Both the position numbers and the translations under genes were made by a program. A model generated the notes under the pieces. The model saw nothing but the letters and a program-made list of their open reading frames with translations, did no database searches and was not told the origin of the DNA. Positions 20,746-30,610 of a DNA stretch of 64,000 nucleotides are shown here, piece by piece. Origin of the DNA: an uncultured Acidobacteriota bacterium (GTDB taxonomy: Bacteria; Acidobacteriota; Vicinamibacteria; Vicinamibacterales; 2-12-FULL-66-21); contig CAVUDT010000002.1 of the NCBI GenBank assembly GCA_963740275.1, positions 227,418-291,417 of the forward strand, in the 5' to 3' direction. Numbering within the stretch: the stretch's first letter is position 1; each line of letters begins with the position of its first letter.

Positions 20746-22061
20746 GGCTCCGTCCGCGGCGGCGGCCCGGGAGCGGTCTCGTCCGCCGGTGCGGGAGAGG
20801 GGAGGCTGAACAGCCGATTGAGCACATCCGAGTAGGTCGCCGCGAGCGAATTGTCGCTCAGCGCCTTGAGCTGTTCGGTCGGCGTGAGCAGCAGTTTCTC
20901 GACGATCAGCCTGGTGATGTGGTCGACCTGCGCCTGCGCGTCGGGGGGCAGCGCACTGAGCTTGGGCTGAAGCCGCTGCAGTTCCGCGCGCCGGATCGAC
21001 TCGAACCGCTCGCGCAGCGCGACCACCGTCAGGATGATCTCCCTCGACTGGAGCCAGGCGGCGAACTTGGCGGTTTCGACGTCGATGATCGCGTCGGCCT
21101 GGTCCAGCTCGGCGCTGCGGCGGGCGAGGTTCTCGCGGACGATCCCCTGAAGGTCGTCGATGTTGTAGAGAAAGACCTGCTCGATGCGCCCGGCCTCCGG
21201 CTCGACGTCGCGGGGCACCGCGATGTCGATGATGAACAGCGCCCGCTCGCGACGCGACTTCATCGCCGCGTCGATGTCGGCCCGCGAAAGGATGGCCGCC
21301 GGTGCGCCGGTCGCGGTCACCAGGATGTCGGCGCGGCCGATGGCGCCCTCGATCTCGCTCCAGTCCACCACCTCCGCCGACAGTTCGGCGCTGAGCCGCT
21401 CGGCGGCGGCGCGGGTGCGGCTGGCGATCGCGATCTGCCGGACATGCTGCGCCCGCAGGTGGACGGCGGTCAGCTTGGCCATCTCCCCGGCCCCGAGGAT
21501 CAAGACGCTGAGACCCTGCAGGTCGCCGAAGATCTTGCGGGCCAGGGCAATCGCCGCGTAGCTGACCGACACTGCCCCTTCGCCCAGGCCGGTTTCCGAG
21601 CGGACGCGCTTGGCGGCGGCGAACGCGAGGTGGAACAGCCGGTTCAACACCGTCCCGGTGCACCGCGCCTCGCTGGCGATGGTGTAGGCGGATTTCACCT
21701 GGCCGAGGATCTGCGGCTCGCCGACGACCAGCGAGTCGAGGCCGGCGGCGACCCGGAACAGGTGGCGGGCGACGTCGGCGCCGTGGTGCACGTACAGGTG
21801 CGGCGAGAGCTGATCGAGCGGCACGTCGTGGTACTCGGCGAAGAACGCGAACAGCTCGTCGATCGCGCGATCGGTGGGCGCCGCCACGTAGACTTCGGCG
21901 CGATTGCAGGTCGAGAGCACCGCCATCTCGCGGGCGATGTTGCGGGCGGCCAGCCCCTCGAGCGCCGCGGCGACCCCGGCGCGCGCGAAATCCACCTGCT
22001 CGCGCAGCTCGATCGGCGCGGTCCGGTGGCTCAACCCGACCGCGTAGAGACGCATCGTCAA
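20742..22061 (-). CDS. hemA: glutamyl-tRNA reductase
   Basis: [21 protein letters not shown]...[10 protein letters not shown]...[10 protein letters not shown]...; intact 439 aa. Confidence 0.9.
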   Translation of the reverse strand: MTMRLYAVGLSHRTAPIELREQVDFARAGVAAALEGLAARNIAREMAVLSTCNRAEVYVAAPTDRAIDELFAFFAEYHDVPLDQLSPHLYVHHGADVARHLFRVAAGLDSLVVGEPQILGQVKSAYTIASEARCTGTVLNRLFHLAFAAAKRVRSETGLGEGAVSVSYAAIALARKIFGDLQGLSVLILGAGEMAKLTAVHLRAQHVRQIAIASRTRAAAERLSAELSAEVVDWSEIEGAIGRADILVTATGAPAAILSRADIDAAMKSRRERALFIIDIAVPRDVEPEAGRIEQVFLYNIDDLQGIVRENLARRSAELDQADAIIDVETAKFAAWLQSREIILTVVALRERFESIRRAELQRLQPKLSALPPDAQAQVDHITRLIVEKLLLTPTEQLKALSDNSLAATYSDVLNRLFSLPSPAPADETAPGPPPRTEP

Positions 22062-22876
22062 AAGTTATGGCTCCTCGTGAGGAAGTAGCCGATCGGCACG
22101 AAGTTGAGGAGCACGATGACGAAACCGATCGCCGACAGCCACGCCGCGCGCCGGCCGCTCCACCCGATCACGCGGCGCGCGTAGAGAGCGAAGGAATACA
22201 GCCCCCAGCAGACGACGGCGACGAGGATCTTGGGGTCGGCGATCGACATCGCCTGGGCGCGCGGGTCCGGCGAGCTCTGGACGTCCATCGCCCAGACCCC
22301 GCCGACGATCACGCCGGTGGTCAGGAAGATCCAGCCGACCGCGATCGCCCGCCCGTTCATCACGTCCAGCACCCGAAGCGGCGGCAGCCGGGCGTAGAAG
22401 AAACCAAGGTGCTTCGCCTTGATCTCGTTGAACATCAGTACGTAGGTGAGGCCGAGCACGCCGCCGAGCGCGAAGCTCGCGTAGGCGAGCAGCATGGCCA
22501 TCACGTGGATCGTGAAGAGCGGGCTCTGCAGCACCGGGGGCCGGCGGCTCACCTCGCCGTCGAGCGCCGGGATGGTGCCGAGCGTCACCAGCAGCACCGC
22601 GACGAAGACCCCCATCGAGCGTTCGTCGGAGGTCAGCTCCACGTACAGGTAGGAAAGCCCGAGCAGCCAGACGAAGGCCGAGATCGCCGCGGTCGTGCCA
22701 ACCAGCGGCGCGTGCCCCGCGTGCACCGTCTGCATGCCGATGAGAAAGGTGTGCGCCAGCAGGCCGGCGCCGAGGAGCGCCGTCGCGAGCCGTCCGACCC
22801 GGATGTCGCGCCAGGCGAAATGGCCGGCGTACCCGGCCGCGGCGGCGGCGTAGAACAGGAGGGGAACGAGCCGCAT
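22058..22876 (-). CDS. cytochrome c assembly (CcsA)-family membrane protein heading the heme operon (HemX-like)
   Basis: 8 TM helices. [16 protein letters not shown] C-terminal region. Position immediately upstream of hemA as in hemAXCDBL-type operons. Confidence 0.7.
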   Translation of the reverse strand: MRLVPLLFYAAAAAGYAGHFAWRDIRVGRLATALLGAGLLAHTFLIGMQTVHAGHAPLVGTTAAISAFVWLLGLSYLYVELTSDERSMGVFVAVLLVTLGTIPALDGEVSRRPPVLQSPLFTIHVMAMLLAYASFALGGVLGLTYVLMFNEIKAKHLGFFYARLPPLRVLDVMNGRAIAVGWIFLTTGVIVGGVWAMDVQSSPDPRAQAMSIADPKILVAVVCWGLYSFALYARRVIGWSGRRAAWLSAIGFVIVLLNFVPIGYFLTRSHNF

Positions 22877-22877
22877 C

Positions 22878-23795
22878 TCAGGGAGCCGTCGGCCCGTAGT
22901 AGCCCTGGCGGGTGCGTGCGAGCAAGCCCGGCCGCGCCAGCCGGACGACGATCCGCCGCCACGCCCCGTTCCGGGAAGGATTGCGCGAGGAATACGCGAC
23001 CGAGTACAGCGTCGACAGCTCCTGCGAGATCTGCTCGTAGATCTTCGGCAGCTCGTGGACGCTGGTCGGGAAGAACGAGCGTCCTCCAGTCTCCTGCGCC
23101 AGCTGCTTCAGCACGTATTCCGCTTCCTTGAAGCTGGCGCGGCCGGTCTCGCGCTGCTCGCGCAGACCGATGGTGTAGATCGCCGTTTCGGAGCGCTTCG
23201 CCAGGTCGAGCACTTCCTCGTACGGCAGCAGGCTCGAGGTGTCGTCCCCGTCCGAGAGCACGACGATGGCCTGGCGGCGGATCTCGTCCTCGGTCCGGGC
23301 CTTGATCTTCTTCAACTCCTTGAGCGAGATGTAGATCGCGTTGTAGAGCGCGGTCGAGCCGTCGGCGCGGGTGCTGCGGATCGCTTTTTCCAGCTCCGCG
23401 GCGTTGTTGGTGAATCCCTGGAGGATCCGAACCTGGCTGCTGAAGTCGATCACCTCGGCGACGTCGTCCTGCTGCAGCCGCTTGGCGAAGCCGACCGCCG
23501 CCTCCTGCGCGGTCGCCATCTTGTCTTCCATGCTGTTGCTGGTGTCGAGCAGGACGGCGAGCGCGATCGGCTGCTGCTTGCGCGAGTAGAACGTGATGTT
23601 CTGCCGGGCGCCATCTTCGAATACCTCGAAGTCCGCCTGCTCGAGGTCGGTGATGTACTTGCCGCCGCCATCGGTGACCGAGACGTTCAGCGAAACGAGC
23701 TCGACCCCCGACCGCAGCTTGGGCGGCTGCTGCTGCTGTGCGGCAAGCCCCGCCCCCACGCATGCGGCGGCGACGGCAGCGATGGCGAGGCGCAT
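22878..23795 (-). CDS. VWA-domain protein, acidobacterial TIGR03436-like family
   Basis: Signal peptide, then LRSGVELVSLNVSVTDGGGKYITDLEQADFEVFEDG..., then VWA MIDAS-like LLDTSNSM. Confidence 0.75.
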   Translation of the reverse strand: MRLAIAAVAAACVGAGLAAQQQQPPKLRSGVELVSLNVSVTDGGGKYITDLEQADFEVFEDGARQNITFYSRKQQPIALAVLLDTSNSMEDKMATAQEAAVGFAKRLQQDDVAEVIDFSSQVRILQGFTNNAAELEKAIRSTRADGSTALYNAIYISLKELKKIKARTEDEIRRQAIVVLSDGDDTSSLLPYEEVLDLAKRSETAIYTIGLREQRETGRASFKEAEYVLKQLAQETGGRSFFPTSVHELPKIYEQISQELSTLYSVAYSSRNPSRNGAWRRIVVRLARPGLLARTRQGYYGPTAP

Positions 23796-23799
23796 GGCT

Positions 23800-24690
23800 C
23801 TATTTGCCTTTCAAGCGGGTCCGGGCACGTGCCGTCAGGCCCGGTTTCTTGACCGATACCTGGACCTTCTCAGGGGGAATCAACGCATCAGGACGGCCGT
23901 AGGTCACCACGTACTGGTTCAGCAGTTCACCGGCCAGCCGATTCAGCGTCTCAGGTATCGCCATCTCGGACAGCAGCTGGTCACGCCGGCCGCCGGTCGC
24001 TTCGGTGCCCTCGGCGACGACCATGTTCTTGTTGCGGATCTCGTCGGACCGGTCGGCGTTCGGCGTGCCGATCGACAGCACGTGCAGGGTGGCGCCGCTG
24101 GCGTAGAGGTCCTCGAGCACCCGCTCGTACTGGGAGTTGCTGAACTCGACCGCTTCCATCGAGAGGGCCACGATCACCGGGCGCTTGGCCTCGCGCATCT
24201 TGAACCCGCGGCTCACTTCCACGATCGCTTCGAGCAGGTAGGCACCCGATCCGGGACGCGCGAAGATGCGGGTCGCCGCCTTTTTCAGGGCCGCGACGTC
24301 GGTGGTGCGCTCGGCGATCGAGGTCGGACGCTCGCCGATCGTTACCATCCCGATCGCGGCCTTGCCCTGGAGCTTGTCGATGAACTGGTTCAACCCGTCC
24401 CGCAGGTGAGGGATGGCGCGGGTCGCGGCCTGGCTGTCGTCGATCAGCAGCACGACGTCGAGCGGCTCGGTCGCCGGCTGGGCTCTCAGCACTTCCCGCG
24501 TGACGCCGTCTTCGCGAACGGTGAAATCGGCCGCCGACAGGCCGGTCGCGGCCACGCCCTTCGAGTCGACAACGCTGACGTAGATCTCACGGGTCTTGCC
24601 GTCGGTCGCCTGCGGCGGCTGCGCTCCGAGGGTGGCGCCCGCCGCCGCAAGAATGGCGGTAAGCGCAAGTAAAGACAGGGTCTTCTTCAT
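23800..24690 (-). CDS. VWA-domain protein, acidobacterial TIGR03436-like family
   Basis: MKKTLSLLALTAILAAAGATLGAQ signal; ...REIYVSVVDSKG...; VLLIDDSQA. Start ATG 24690 with GAGG SD. The longer ORF to 24801 is an overextension. Confidence 0.75.
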   Translation of the reverse strand: MKKTLSLLALTAILAAAGATLGAQPPQATDGKTREIYVSVVDSKGVAATGLSAADFTVREDGVTREVLRAQPATEPLDVVLLIDDSQAATRAIPHLRDGLNQFIDKLQGKAAIGMVTIGERPTSIAERTTDVAALKKAATRIFARPGSGAYLLEAIVEVSRGFKMREAKRPVIVALSMEAVEFSNSQYERVLEDLYASGATLHVLSIGTPNADRSDEIRNKNMVVAEGTEATGGRRDQLLSEMAIPETLNRLAGELLNQYVVTYGRPDALIPPEKVQVSVKKPGLTARARTRLKGK

Positions 24691-24958
24691 GTCAGGAGCC
24701 TCTTCGACCGAGTATACTCCGACGGTGGAAGAGGGCCCCCGCAAACAGTCCGGACTGGCCGACACCGTCCGCACTATCGGGGCGCTGAGCACCGTCGGCA
24801 TCTCGTTCGTGCTGGCGATCGTGCTGGGGGCCGGGTCCGGCTACTTCCTGATGAAGCAGTTCGGTCTGGGGAACTGGGTCTTCCTCCTCTTCTTCGTGTT
24901 CGGCGTGGTGGCCGGCATCCTCAACGTCTATCGAACGGCGCAGCGGTTCCTGAAATAA
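24689..24958 (+). CDS. AtpZ/AtpI-like small membrane protein preceding the ATP synthase genes
   Basis: 89 aa with two TM helices (...IGALSTVGISFVLAIVLGAG...WVFLLFFVFGVVAGIL). Its start codon overlaps the divergent VWA gene start (CATG). Confidence 0.55.
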   Translation: MSGASSTEYTPTVEEGPRKQSGLADTVRTIGALSTVGISFVLAIVLGAGSGYFLMKQFGLGNWVFLLFFVFGVVAGILNVYRTAQRFLK

Positions 24959-25345
24959 GTGCCGCAGGACCCCGTCATCGGGCGCATTGCGCGCGGGGCC
25001 GCGGTCATCTGCCTGGGTGCGGCCGTGGCGGCTCTTGTGGTGGCCGGCGTCCGGCCGGCCCTGGGGGTCGTCGGCGGGGGGCTGCTGATCGGCATCAGCT
25101 TCCATACGCTTGGCAGCGGGGTCGCCGCGGTGGTCACGGCGGCCTCGGGGCAGACGGCGGGGCGGCGCCTGATGGCGCGGAGCCTGCTGAAACTGGTGGT
25201 TCGCTACGCTTTACTCGGTTTTCTTGCGTACGTTATGATTGCGCGTTTGCGCCTGCACCCGATCGGGCTGCTGGTGGGCGCTTCATCAGTTCCGGCGGCC
25301 GCGTTCGTCGAAGCGGTTCGCCTTCTCGCGAAGAAAACGTCGTGA
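24959..25345 (+). CDS. atpI: ATP synthase protein I (AtpI)-like membrane protein
   Basis: 128 aa, 4 TM, GTG start overlapping the previous stop. Position upstream of atpB. Confidence 0.55.
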   Translation: MPQDPVIGRIARGAAVICLGAAVAALVVAGVRPALGVVGGGLLIGISFHTLGSGVAAVVTAASGQTAGRRLMARSLLKLVVRYALLGFLAYVMIARLRLHPIGLLVGASSVPAAAFVEAVRLLAKKTS

Positions 25346-25385
25346 CGCCGGTGCCCGGCCAACGCTGGGGACGGCGAGAGTCTGA

Positions 25386-26198
25386 ATGGCAGCATCACTC
25401 GAACATCCGCTCCTGATCGTCGACACGGTAAACGCCGTGCTGGGGCCGGTCGTGCACGCGGCCGGTGAGGCGGTTGGATATCACTTCGCCAAGCCCGAAG
25501 CGCCGATTCCCAATTACATGGTGATGATCGGCCTGATCACCGTTGGCGTCACCGCCGTCGGGTTGATCATCCGGTCGAGGCTCAGCGTCGAGAACCCGGG
25601 GAAGTTCCAGATCCTGCTCGAGGACGGGATCCGGGCGGTCATCGGATTGCTCGAAGAGTGGATCGGCCCGACCGGGGCGCGGTTCCTGCCGCTGATTGCC
25701 ACCCTGGGGCTGTTCATCCTGCTCGGCAACTACATGGGCCTCGTGCCCGGGCTGATGGCGCCGACGAGCAGCATCAACGTCACGCTCGGGTGCGCGCTGA
25801 CGATCTGGGTCTATTACCACTACCAGGGGATCCGGGCCCAGGGGCTCGGCGCCTACCTGCTGCACTTTGCCGCCCCTCCGGGCGCGCCGCTGCTGCTCGC
25901 GCCGATCATGCTGCCGATCGAGCTGATCAGCCACCTCTCGCGCGTGATGTCGCTCTCGCTGCGGCTGTTCGGCAACATCTTCGGCGAAGAGCTGGTGATC
26001 GCGATTCTCTTCAGCATCATTCCGTTCCTGATCCCGTTGCCGATGATGCTGCTCGGACTGGTAACCGGGGGCCTGCAGGCTTTCATCTTCATGCTGCTGT
26101 CGATCATCTACCTGCAGGGAGCCGTCGCGGTGGAGCACCACCAGGACGAGCACGGCCACGACGCGCCGCATGGGCACGAGGCGCCGGCAGCAGCGTGA
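25386..26198 (+). CDS. atpB: F0F1 ATP synthase subunit a
   Basis: ...LSLRLFGNIFGEELV... with the conserved Arg in LRLFGN. His-rich C-terminal tail. Confidence 0.9.
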   Translation: MAASLEHPLLIVDTVNAVLGPVVHAAGEAVGYHFAKPEAPIPNYMVMIGLITVGVTAVGLIIRSRLSVENPGKFQILLEDGIRAVIGLLEEWIGPTGARFLPLIATLGLFILLGNYMGLVPGLMAPTSSINVTLGCALTIWVYYHYQGIRAQGLGAYLLHFAAPPGAPLLLAPIMLPIELISHLSRVMSLSLRLFGNIFGEELVIAILFSIIPFLIPLPMMLLGLVTGGLQAFIFMLLSIIYLQGAVAVEHHQDEHGHDAPHGHEAPAAA

Positions 26199-26259
26199 TC
26201 GCGGATTCACGTCGAATTGTTACTTCGTCATTGGTAGTCGCTAAGAGGAGGCTGGGATC

Positions 26260-26607
26260 GTGAGTAAACGTTCAGTTCTGACAACCGCTCTCGTGGTCGC
26301 CGCGGGCGCGTTCTTCGCACCCGTCTACGCGCAGGAGGCGGCCGTCGGCGTCAACAACGAGATCGCCAAGTGGTCGATCATCACCGCCGGGTTCGCGCTG
26401 GCATTTGCCGCCGGTCTGGCGGCGCTGGCCCAGGGCCGCGCGGTCAGCGCCGCGGCCGAGGCGATCGCCCGCAACCCCGGCGCCGCCGGTGACATCCGCG
26501 GATCGCTGCTGCTCGGCCTCGTGCTGATCGAATCGCTCGCGATCTACGTGCTGCTGATCTCGCTGATCCTGTTCTTCCTGTTCCCGTTCGGCGGCGCGCC
26601 GGCCTAA
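26260..26607 (+). CDS. atpE: F0F1 ATP synthase subunit c with an N-terminal signal-peptide-like extension
   Basis: Core ...GLAALAQGRAVSAAAEAIARNPGAAGDIRGSLLLGLVLIESLAIYVLLISL (ARNP loop, conserved E). It is preceded by MSKRSVLTTALVVAAGAFFAPVYAQE. Confidence 0.85.
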   Translation: MSKRSVLTTALVVAAGAFFAPVYAQEAAVGVNNEIAKWSIITAGFALAFAAGLAALAQGRAVSAAAEAIARNPGAAGDIRGSLLLGLVLIESLAIYVLLISLILFFLFPFGGAPA

Positions 26608-26648
26608 GCCGGTCAGGCCGCACGGCCGATCGCCGCCAGTAAATCCAA

Positions 26649-26690
26649 CGACGGGGAGGCGCCTTGCGGCGCCTTCCCGTCGCGTTATCG
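26649..26690 (+). terminator. candidate intrinsic terminator after atpE
   Basis: gacggggaggcgcc-ttgc-ggcgccttcccgtc hairpin (one mismatch) followed by gcgttatcg. Confidence 0.45.
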
Positions 26691-26697
26691 TCCTCCC

Positions 26698-27642
26698 GTG
26701 TCATCCCGCCGCTTCTCGTTCATCGACCTTCTTCTGCTCCTGATGGCGATCATCTGGGGCACCAACTACTCCATCGTCAAGCGGGCGTTTCTCGAGATCG
26801 ACCCGCAGGTGTTCAACGCCGCGCGGATGGCCATGGCCTCGGTGGTCTTCCTGGTGATCATCGTGGCGGTGCGGGTCCGGGCCGCCCGGCGCGGCGCCGG
26901 TCAGGGGGCGAGCGTCGGTCTCGAGAGCATTTTCCTGACGCCCGAGCCGATCACGCCGCGCGACTGGCTCGCGCTGGCGGGTCTCGGGCTGGTCGGTCAT
27001 GCCGGCTATCAATACTTCTTCATCGGTGGTCTGGCACGGACCAGCGTGGCCAACAGCTCACTGATGCTGGCAGCGACTCCAGTGGTGATCGCGCTGATCA
27101 CCGCGGCGCTGGGGCAGGACCGCATCGGCCGGCTGCACTGGTTCGGCGCCGGCCTGTCGATCGCCGGCATCTACCTGGTCGTCGGGCACGGGGCGCCTGA
27201 AGGGGGCGCCAGCCTGGCGGGGGACGCGATGATGTTCGTGGCGGTCTGCTGCTGGGCGGTCTACACCCTCGGCGCGCGGCAGCTGATGCTGCGGCATTCC
27301 CCGGTCGGGGTCACCGGCCTGTCGATGGCGATCGGCACCGCCGTCTACGTGCCGCTGGTGATCGGCAAGGTCCGCGCAACCGACTGGAGCGGGCTGAGCA
27401 GCGGAACCTGGGTCTCGATCGTCTACTCGGCGTTGTTCGCGCTGTGCGTGGCCTACACCATCTGGTACATGGCGGTCCGGGAGATCGGCAGCGCGCGGAC
27501 GTCGGTCTACTCCAACCTGGTGCCGATCGTTGCGATGCTGACCGCGGTGATCTTCCTCGGCGAGGTCATGACTGTCTGGAGGGTCGCCGGTGCCGCTGCC
27601 GTCCTGCTGGGAGTGGGACTTACGAGGGTCCGGACGACCTGA
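26698..27642 (+). CDS. EamA/DMT-family transporter (10 TM)
   Basis: Two EamA-like halves. GTG start. Confidence 0.8.
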   Translation: MSSRRFSFIDLLLLLMAIIWGTNYSIVKRAFLEIDPQVFNAARMAMASVVFLVIIVAVRVRAARRGAGQGASVGLESIFLTPEPITPRDWLALAGLGLVGHAGYQYFFIGGLARTSVANSSLMLAATPVVIALITAALGQDRIGRLHWFGAGLSIAGIYLVVGHGAPEGGASLAGDAMMFVAVCCWAVYTLGARQLMLRHSPVGVTGLSMAIGTAVYVPLVIGKVRATDWSGLSSGTWVSIVYSALFALCVAYTIWYMAVREIGSARTSVYSNLVPIVAMLTAVIFLGEVMTVWRVAGAAAVLLGVGLTRVRTT

Positions 27643-27644
27643 AA

Positions 27645-27668
27645 GGTTCCAGGTTCCAGGTTCTGGGT
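27645..27668. repeat. heptamer tandem repeat, family 1 (GGTTCCA GGTTCCA GGTTCTG), 20 nt upstream of the desaturase start
   Basis: ggttccaggttccaggttctggg. Same family at 30588, 31183 (reverse) and 50292 (reverse). Confidence 0.55.
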
Positions 27669-27688
27669 GGGGCTGCCTGTTACAATCG

Positions 27689-28693
27689 ATGGAGCCTGTG
27701 AAAGACCACTATTATTCGCGCCACGCGGTCGCGCTGCGGGCCGAGCTGGGCGCGGCGATCACGCGCGAGCAGATGCGGCAGCTGCACCGGAAAAGCGCAG
27801 CCAGGCACCTGGTGATCGCAGCTCGTCAGTTTGCGATCCTGGCAGCCGGGACCTGGGGACTGATCCGGTTCGAGCATCCGCTCATCTGGATCCCGCTGGC
27901 GGTAATCCAGGGCTTCACGATCTTCAACTTCACCGTCCTGCTGCACGAGGTCGTGCACCACACGATCTTCGAGCGGCGCCATCCGGTGGCGGAACGCCTG
28001 CTGGGCTTCCTGTACGCGATCCCGAGCGGCATATCGGCAAGCCAGTTCACGCGGTGGCACCTGGACCATCACGCCGAGCTCGGGTCCGACGAAGACGATC
28101 CCAAGCGCGCCCACCTGTCGCCGAAGAAGAACGCGCGCTGGTACAAGCTGCTGTACTGCACCCCGGCGCTGTTTCCGATCTACTTCCGGGCCGCCCGCCT
28201 CGAAGCGGCGACCTACCCGGACGCGCTCCGCCGGAAGATCGCGTTCGAGCGCCAGCTGTCGATGGTCTTTCACTTCGGGGCGCTGGCGCTGCTCTGGTAT
28301 CTGTTCGGCTTCTACACCGCCGTGCGGGCCAGCATCGTGCCGGTGTTCTTCGTGTTCCCGATCGCCTTCACTCTCAACCGGCTGGGCCAGCACTACGACA
28401 TCGATCCGAGCGACCCGGCGAAGTGGGGCACGCTGATGCGCGGCAGCTGGTTCTGGGACTTCGCGTACCTGAACTCGAATTACCACCTCGAGCATCACTA
28501 TTTCCCGGGCGTGCCGTTCTATCGCCTGCCCGAGCTGCAGGTCGCGTTGCGGCCGTTCTACGAAAAGAAGCAGATGCGCTGGCGGACCTACGGCGAGCTC
28601 GTCTACGGATGGATCGTCGAGAACCACAAGCCCCACACCAACTGGGCCCAGTCAGACGTCGACCAGCACGCCAAAGACGCGGCGCGGGTCTAG
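27689..28693 (+). CDS. membrane fatty-acid desaturase (three His boxes)
   Basis: HEVVHH, HLDHH, HLEHH. Confidence 0.85.
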   Translation: MEPVKDHYYSRHAVALRAELGAAITREQMRQLHRKSAARHLVIAARQFAILAAGTWGLIRFEHPLIWIPLAVIQGFTIFNFTVLLHEVVHHTIFERRHPVAERLLGFLYAIPSGISASQFTRWHLDHHAELGSDEDDPKRAHLSPKKNARWYKLLYCTPALFPIYFRAARLEAATYPDALRRKIAFERQLSMVFHFGALALLWYLFGFYTAVRASIVPVFFVFPIAFTLNRLGQHYDIDPSDPAKWGTLMRGSWFWDFAYLNSNYHLEHHYFPGVPFYRLPELQVALRPFYEKKQMRWRTYGELVYGWIVENHKPHTNWAQSDVDQHAKDAARV

Positions 28694-28835
28694 CAGCTTC
28701 CAGCTTCCAGCTGTCAGCTTCAATCTCAACTCCCAACTCCCAACTCCCAATCTCCAATTCGCGATCCCCAATCCGCAGTCCCCAATCCGCAGTCCCCAAT
28801 CCCCATCCCCCATTCCCGACAGCAATCCCCCACCC
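28694..28835. repeat. composite heptamer-periodic repeat, family 2: (CAGCTTC)n then (ACTCCCA / ATCCCCA / ATCCGCA)n, ~20 units, starting right after the desaturase stop
   Basis: cagcttccagcttccagctgtcagcttcaatctcaactcccaactcccaactcccaatctccaattcgcgatccccaatccgcagtccccaatccgcagtccccaatccccatccccc. Confidence 0.65.
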
Positions 28836-28858
28836 AGATTTACAGGTATTCTCAGCAG

Positions 28859-30587
28859 GTGCTCGCGAAAATTCTCGATTCCGGCCAGGACGAGCTGCTC
28901 AAGGAGGAGCGACGGGTCCTCACGCGTCTTCAGCTCGCGCTCGTGAAGTTCGACGCGGCGGCCGAGCACCGGGCGGCGCTCGAGCAATCCATCCACCAGC
29001 TGGATGAGCTCTTTCTGCTCGTGATCGTCGGTGAGTTCAACGCGGGCAAGAGCGCGTTCATCAACGCGCTGGTCGGGAGCCCGGTAGCGCAGGAAGGGGT
29101 GACGCCGACGACCGCCCAGATCAACGTGCTGCAGTACGGCGATCAGCCCGGACGGCAGGTCCGCGAAGACAACCTGCACATCATCACCGCCCCAGCCCCG
29201 ATCCTTCGCGACATCCACATCGTCGATACCCCGGGCACGAATGCGATCATCCGCGAGCACGAGGCGATCACCTCGGAGTTCGTGCCCCGGTCGGATCTCG
29301 TGCTGTTCGTGACCTCCGCCGACCGTCCGTTCACCGAGACCGAGCGGGCCTTTCTCGAGCAGATCCGCGGCTGGGGGAAGAAGGTCGTCATCGTCATCAA
29401 CAAGATCGACATCCTGGGCGGGGCCGGGGAGGTGGCCGAGGTCCGCACCTTCGTCGCCGACAACGCCCGCGCGCTGCTCGGATTCAGTCCGGAGGTCTTT
29501 CCGGTCAGCGCCCGGCTGGCGCTGCGGGCGAAGCAGGGGGACCCGGCATCCTGGGCGGCCAGCGGCTTCGAGGATCTCGAGCGATATATCGCGGCTACGC
29601 TCGACGCTCCGGGGCGGGTCCACCTCAAGCTGCTCAACCCGCTCGGTGTCGGCGCCGCGATCAGCGAGCGGCATGGCACGATCGTCCGCGAGCGCCTCGG
29701 CCTCCTGAAAGAGGACTTCACGACGCTCGAAGGGGTCGACCAGCAGCTGTCGGTCTACCAGGAGGACCTGACGCGGGACTTCGAGTTCCGCATGGCCGAT
29801 ATCGACAAGATCCTGCTCGAGATGGAGCGGCGCGGGCAGGACTATTTCGACGAGACCATCCGCATCGGCCGCGTGATGGACCTGCTGAACCGCAGCCGGA
29901 TCCAGCAGGGCTTCGAGCAGCAGGTCGTCGCCGACACGCCGCAGCAGATCGAGCGGAAGGTCGGGGAGCTGGTCGACTGGCTGGTGGCCGCGGATCTCCG
30001 CCAGTGGCAGGCGGTCACCACGCATCTCGCCGAGCGCCGGCGGCAGTATCAGAACCGGATCGTCGGCGAAGACTCCGGTCAGTTTCACTACGACCGCACC
30101 CGCATGATCGACGCCGTCAGCCGCGAGGCGCAGCGGGTGGTCGAGTCGTACGACAAGAAGCGCGAGGCCCAGCATGCTGGCCGACAACGCCCGGAACGCC
30201 GTCGCCGCGGCCGCGGCCGCCGGCGCGACCGCGCTCGGCCTCGGCGCCGTCATCACGTTCGCCGCCTCCACGGTCACCGCCGACTTCACCGGGATCGCGC
30301 TGGCCTCGCTGGTCGCCGCCCTGGGGTTCTTCATCCTGCCGGCCAAGCGCCAGAAGGCGAAGAACGAGATGCGCGAGAAGATCGCGGACGTGCGGAAGCG
30401 GCTGTCGGAGGCGCTGCGGAAGCAGTTTTCGACCGAGATCCAGCGCAGCGGCGACCGCATTCGAGAGAGCATCGCCCCATACAGCCGGTTCATCCGCGCC
30501 GAGGGGAACAAGCTGAAGGAAGTGGATGCGGAGCTGACCGAGATCAGCGCCGCGCTCGCCAGCCTCCGCGCCCGGATCGACTCTTGA
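28859..30587 (+). CDS. bacterial dynamin-like GTPase (BDLP/DynA-type) with a C-terminal membrane paddle; 1-nt frame shift near 30172
   Basis: G1 [17 protein letters not shown]3 DTPG, G4 INKID. C-terminal hydrophobic [33 protein letters not shown] plus coiled coil. Junction ...KKREAQ|[10 protein letters not shown]. Confidence 0.7.
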
Positions 30588-30610
30588 GGTTCCAGGTTCA
30601 GGTTCTAGGG
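30588..30610. repeat. heptamer tandem repeat, family 1, right after the dynamin stop
   Basis: ggttccaggttcaggttctaggg. Confidence 0.5.

Noticed and set aside
28694-28835. Possible CRISPR array (regular short repeats)
   Set aside because: The units are 7 nt and directly abut one another with no spacers. Cas genes are absent. This is a microsatellite-like tandem array, not a CRISPR.
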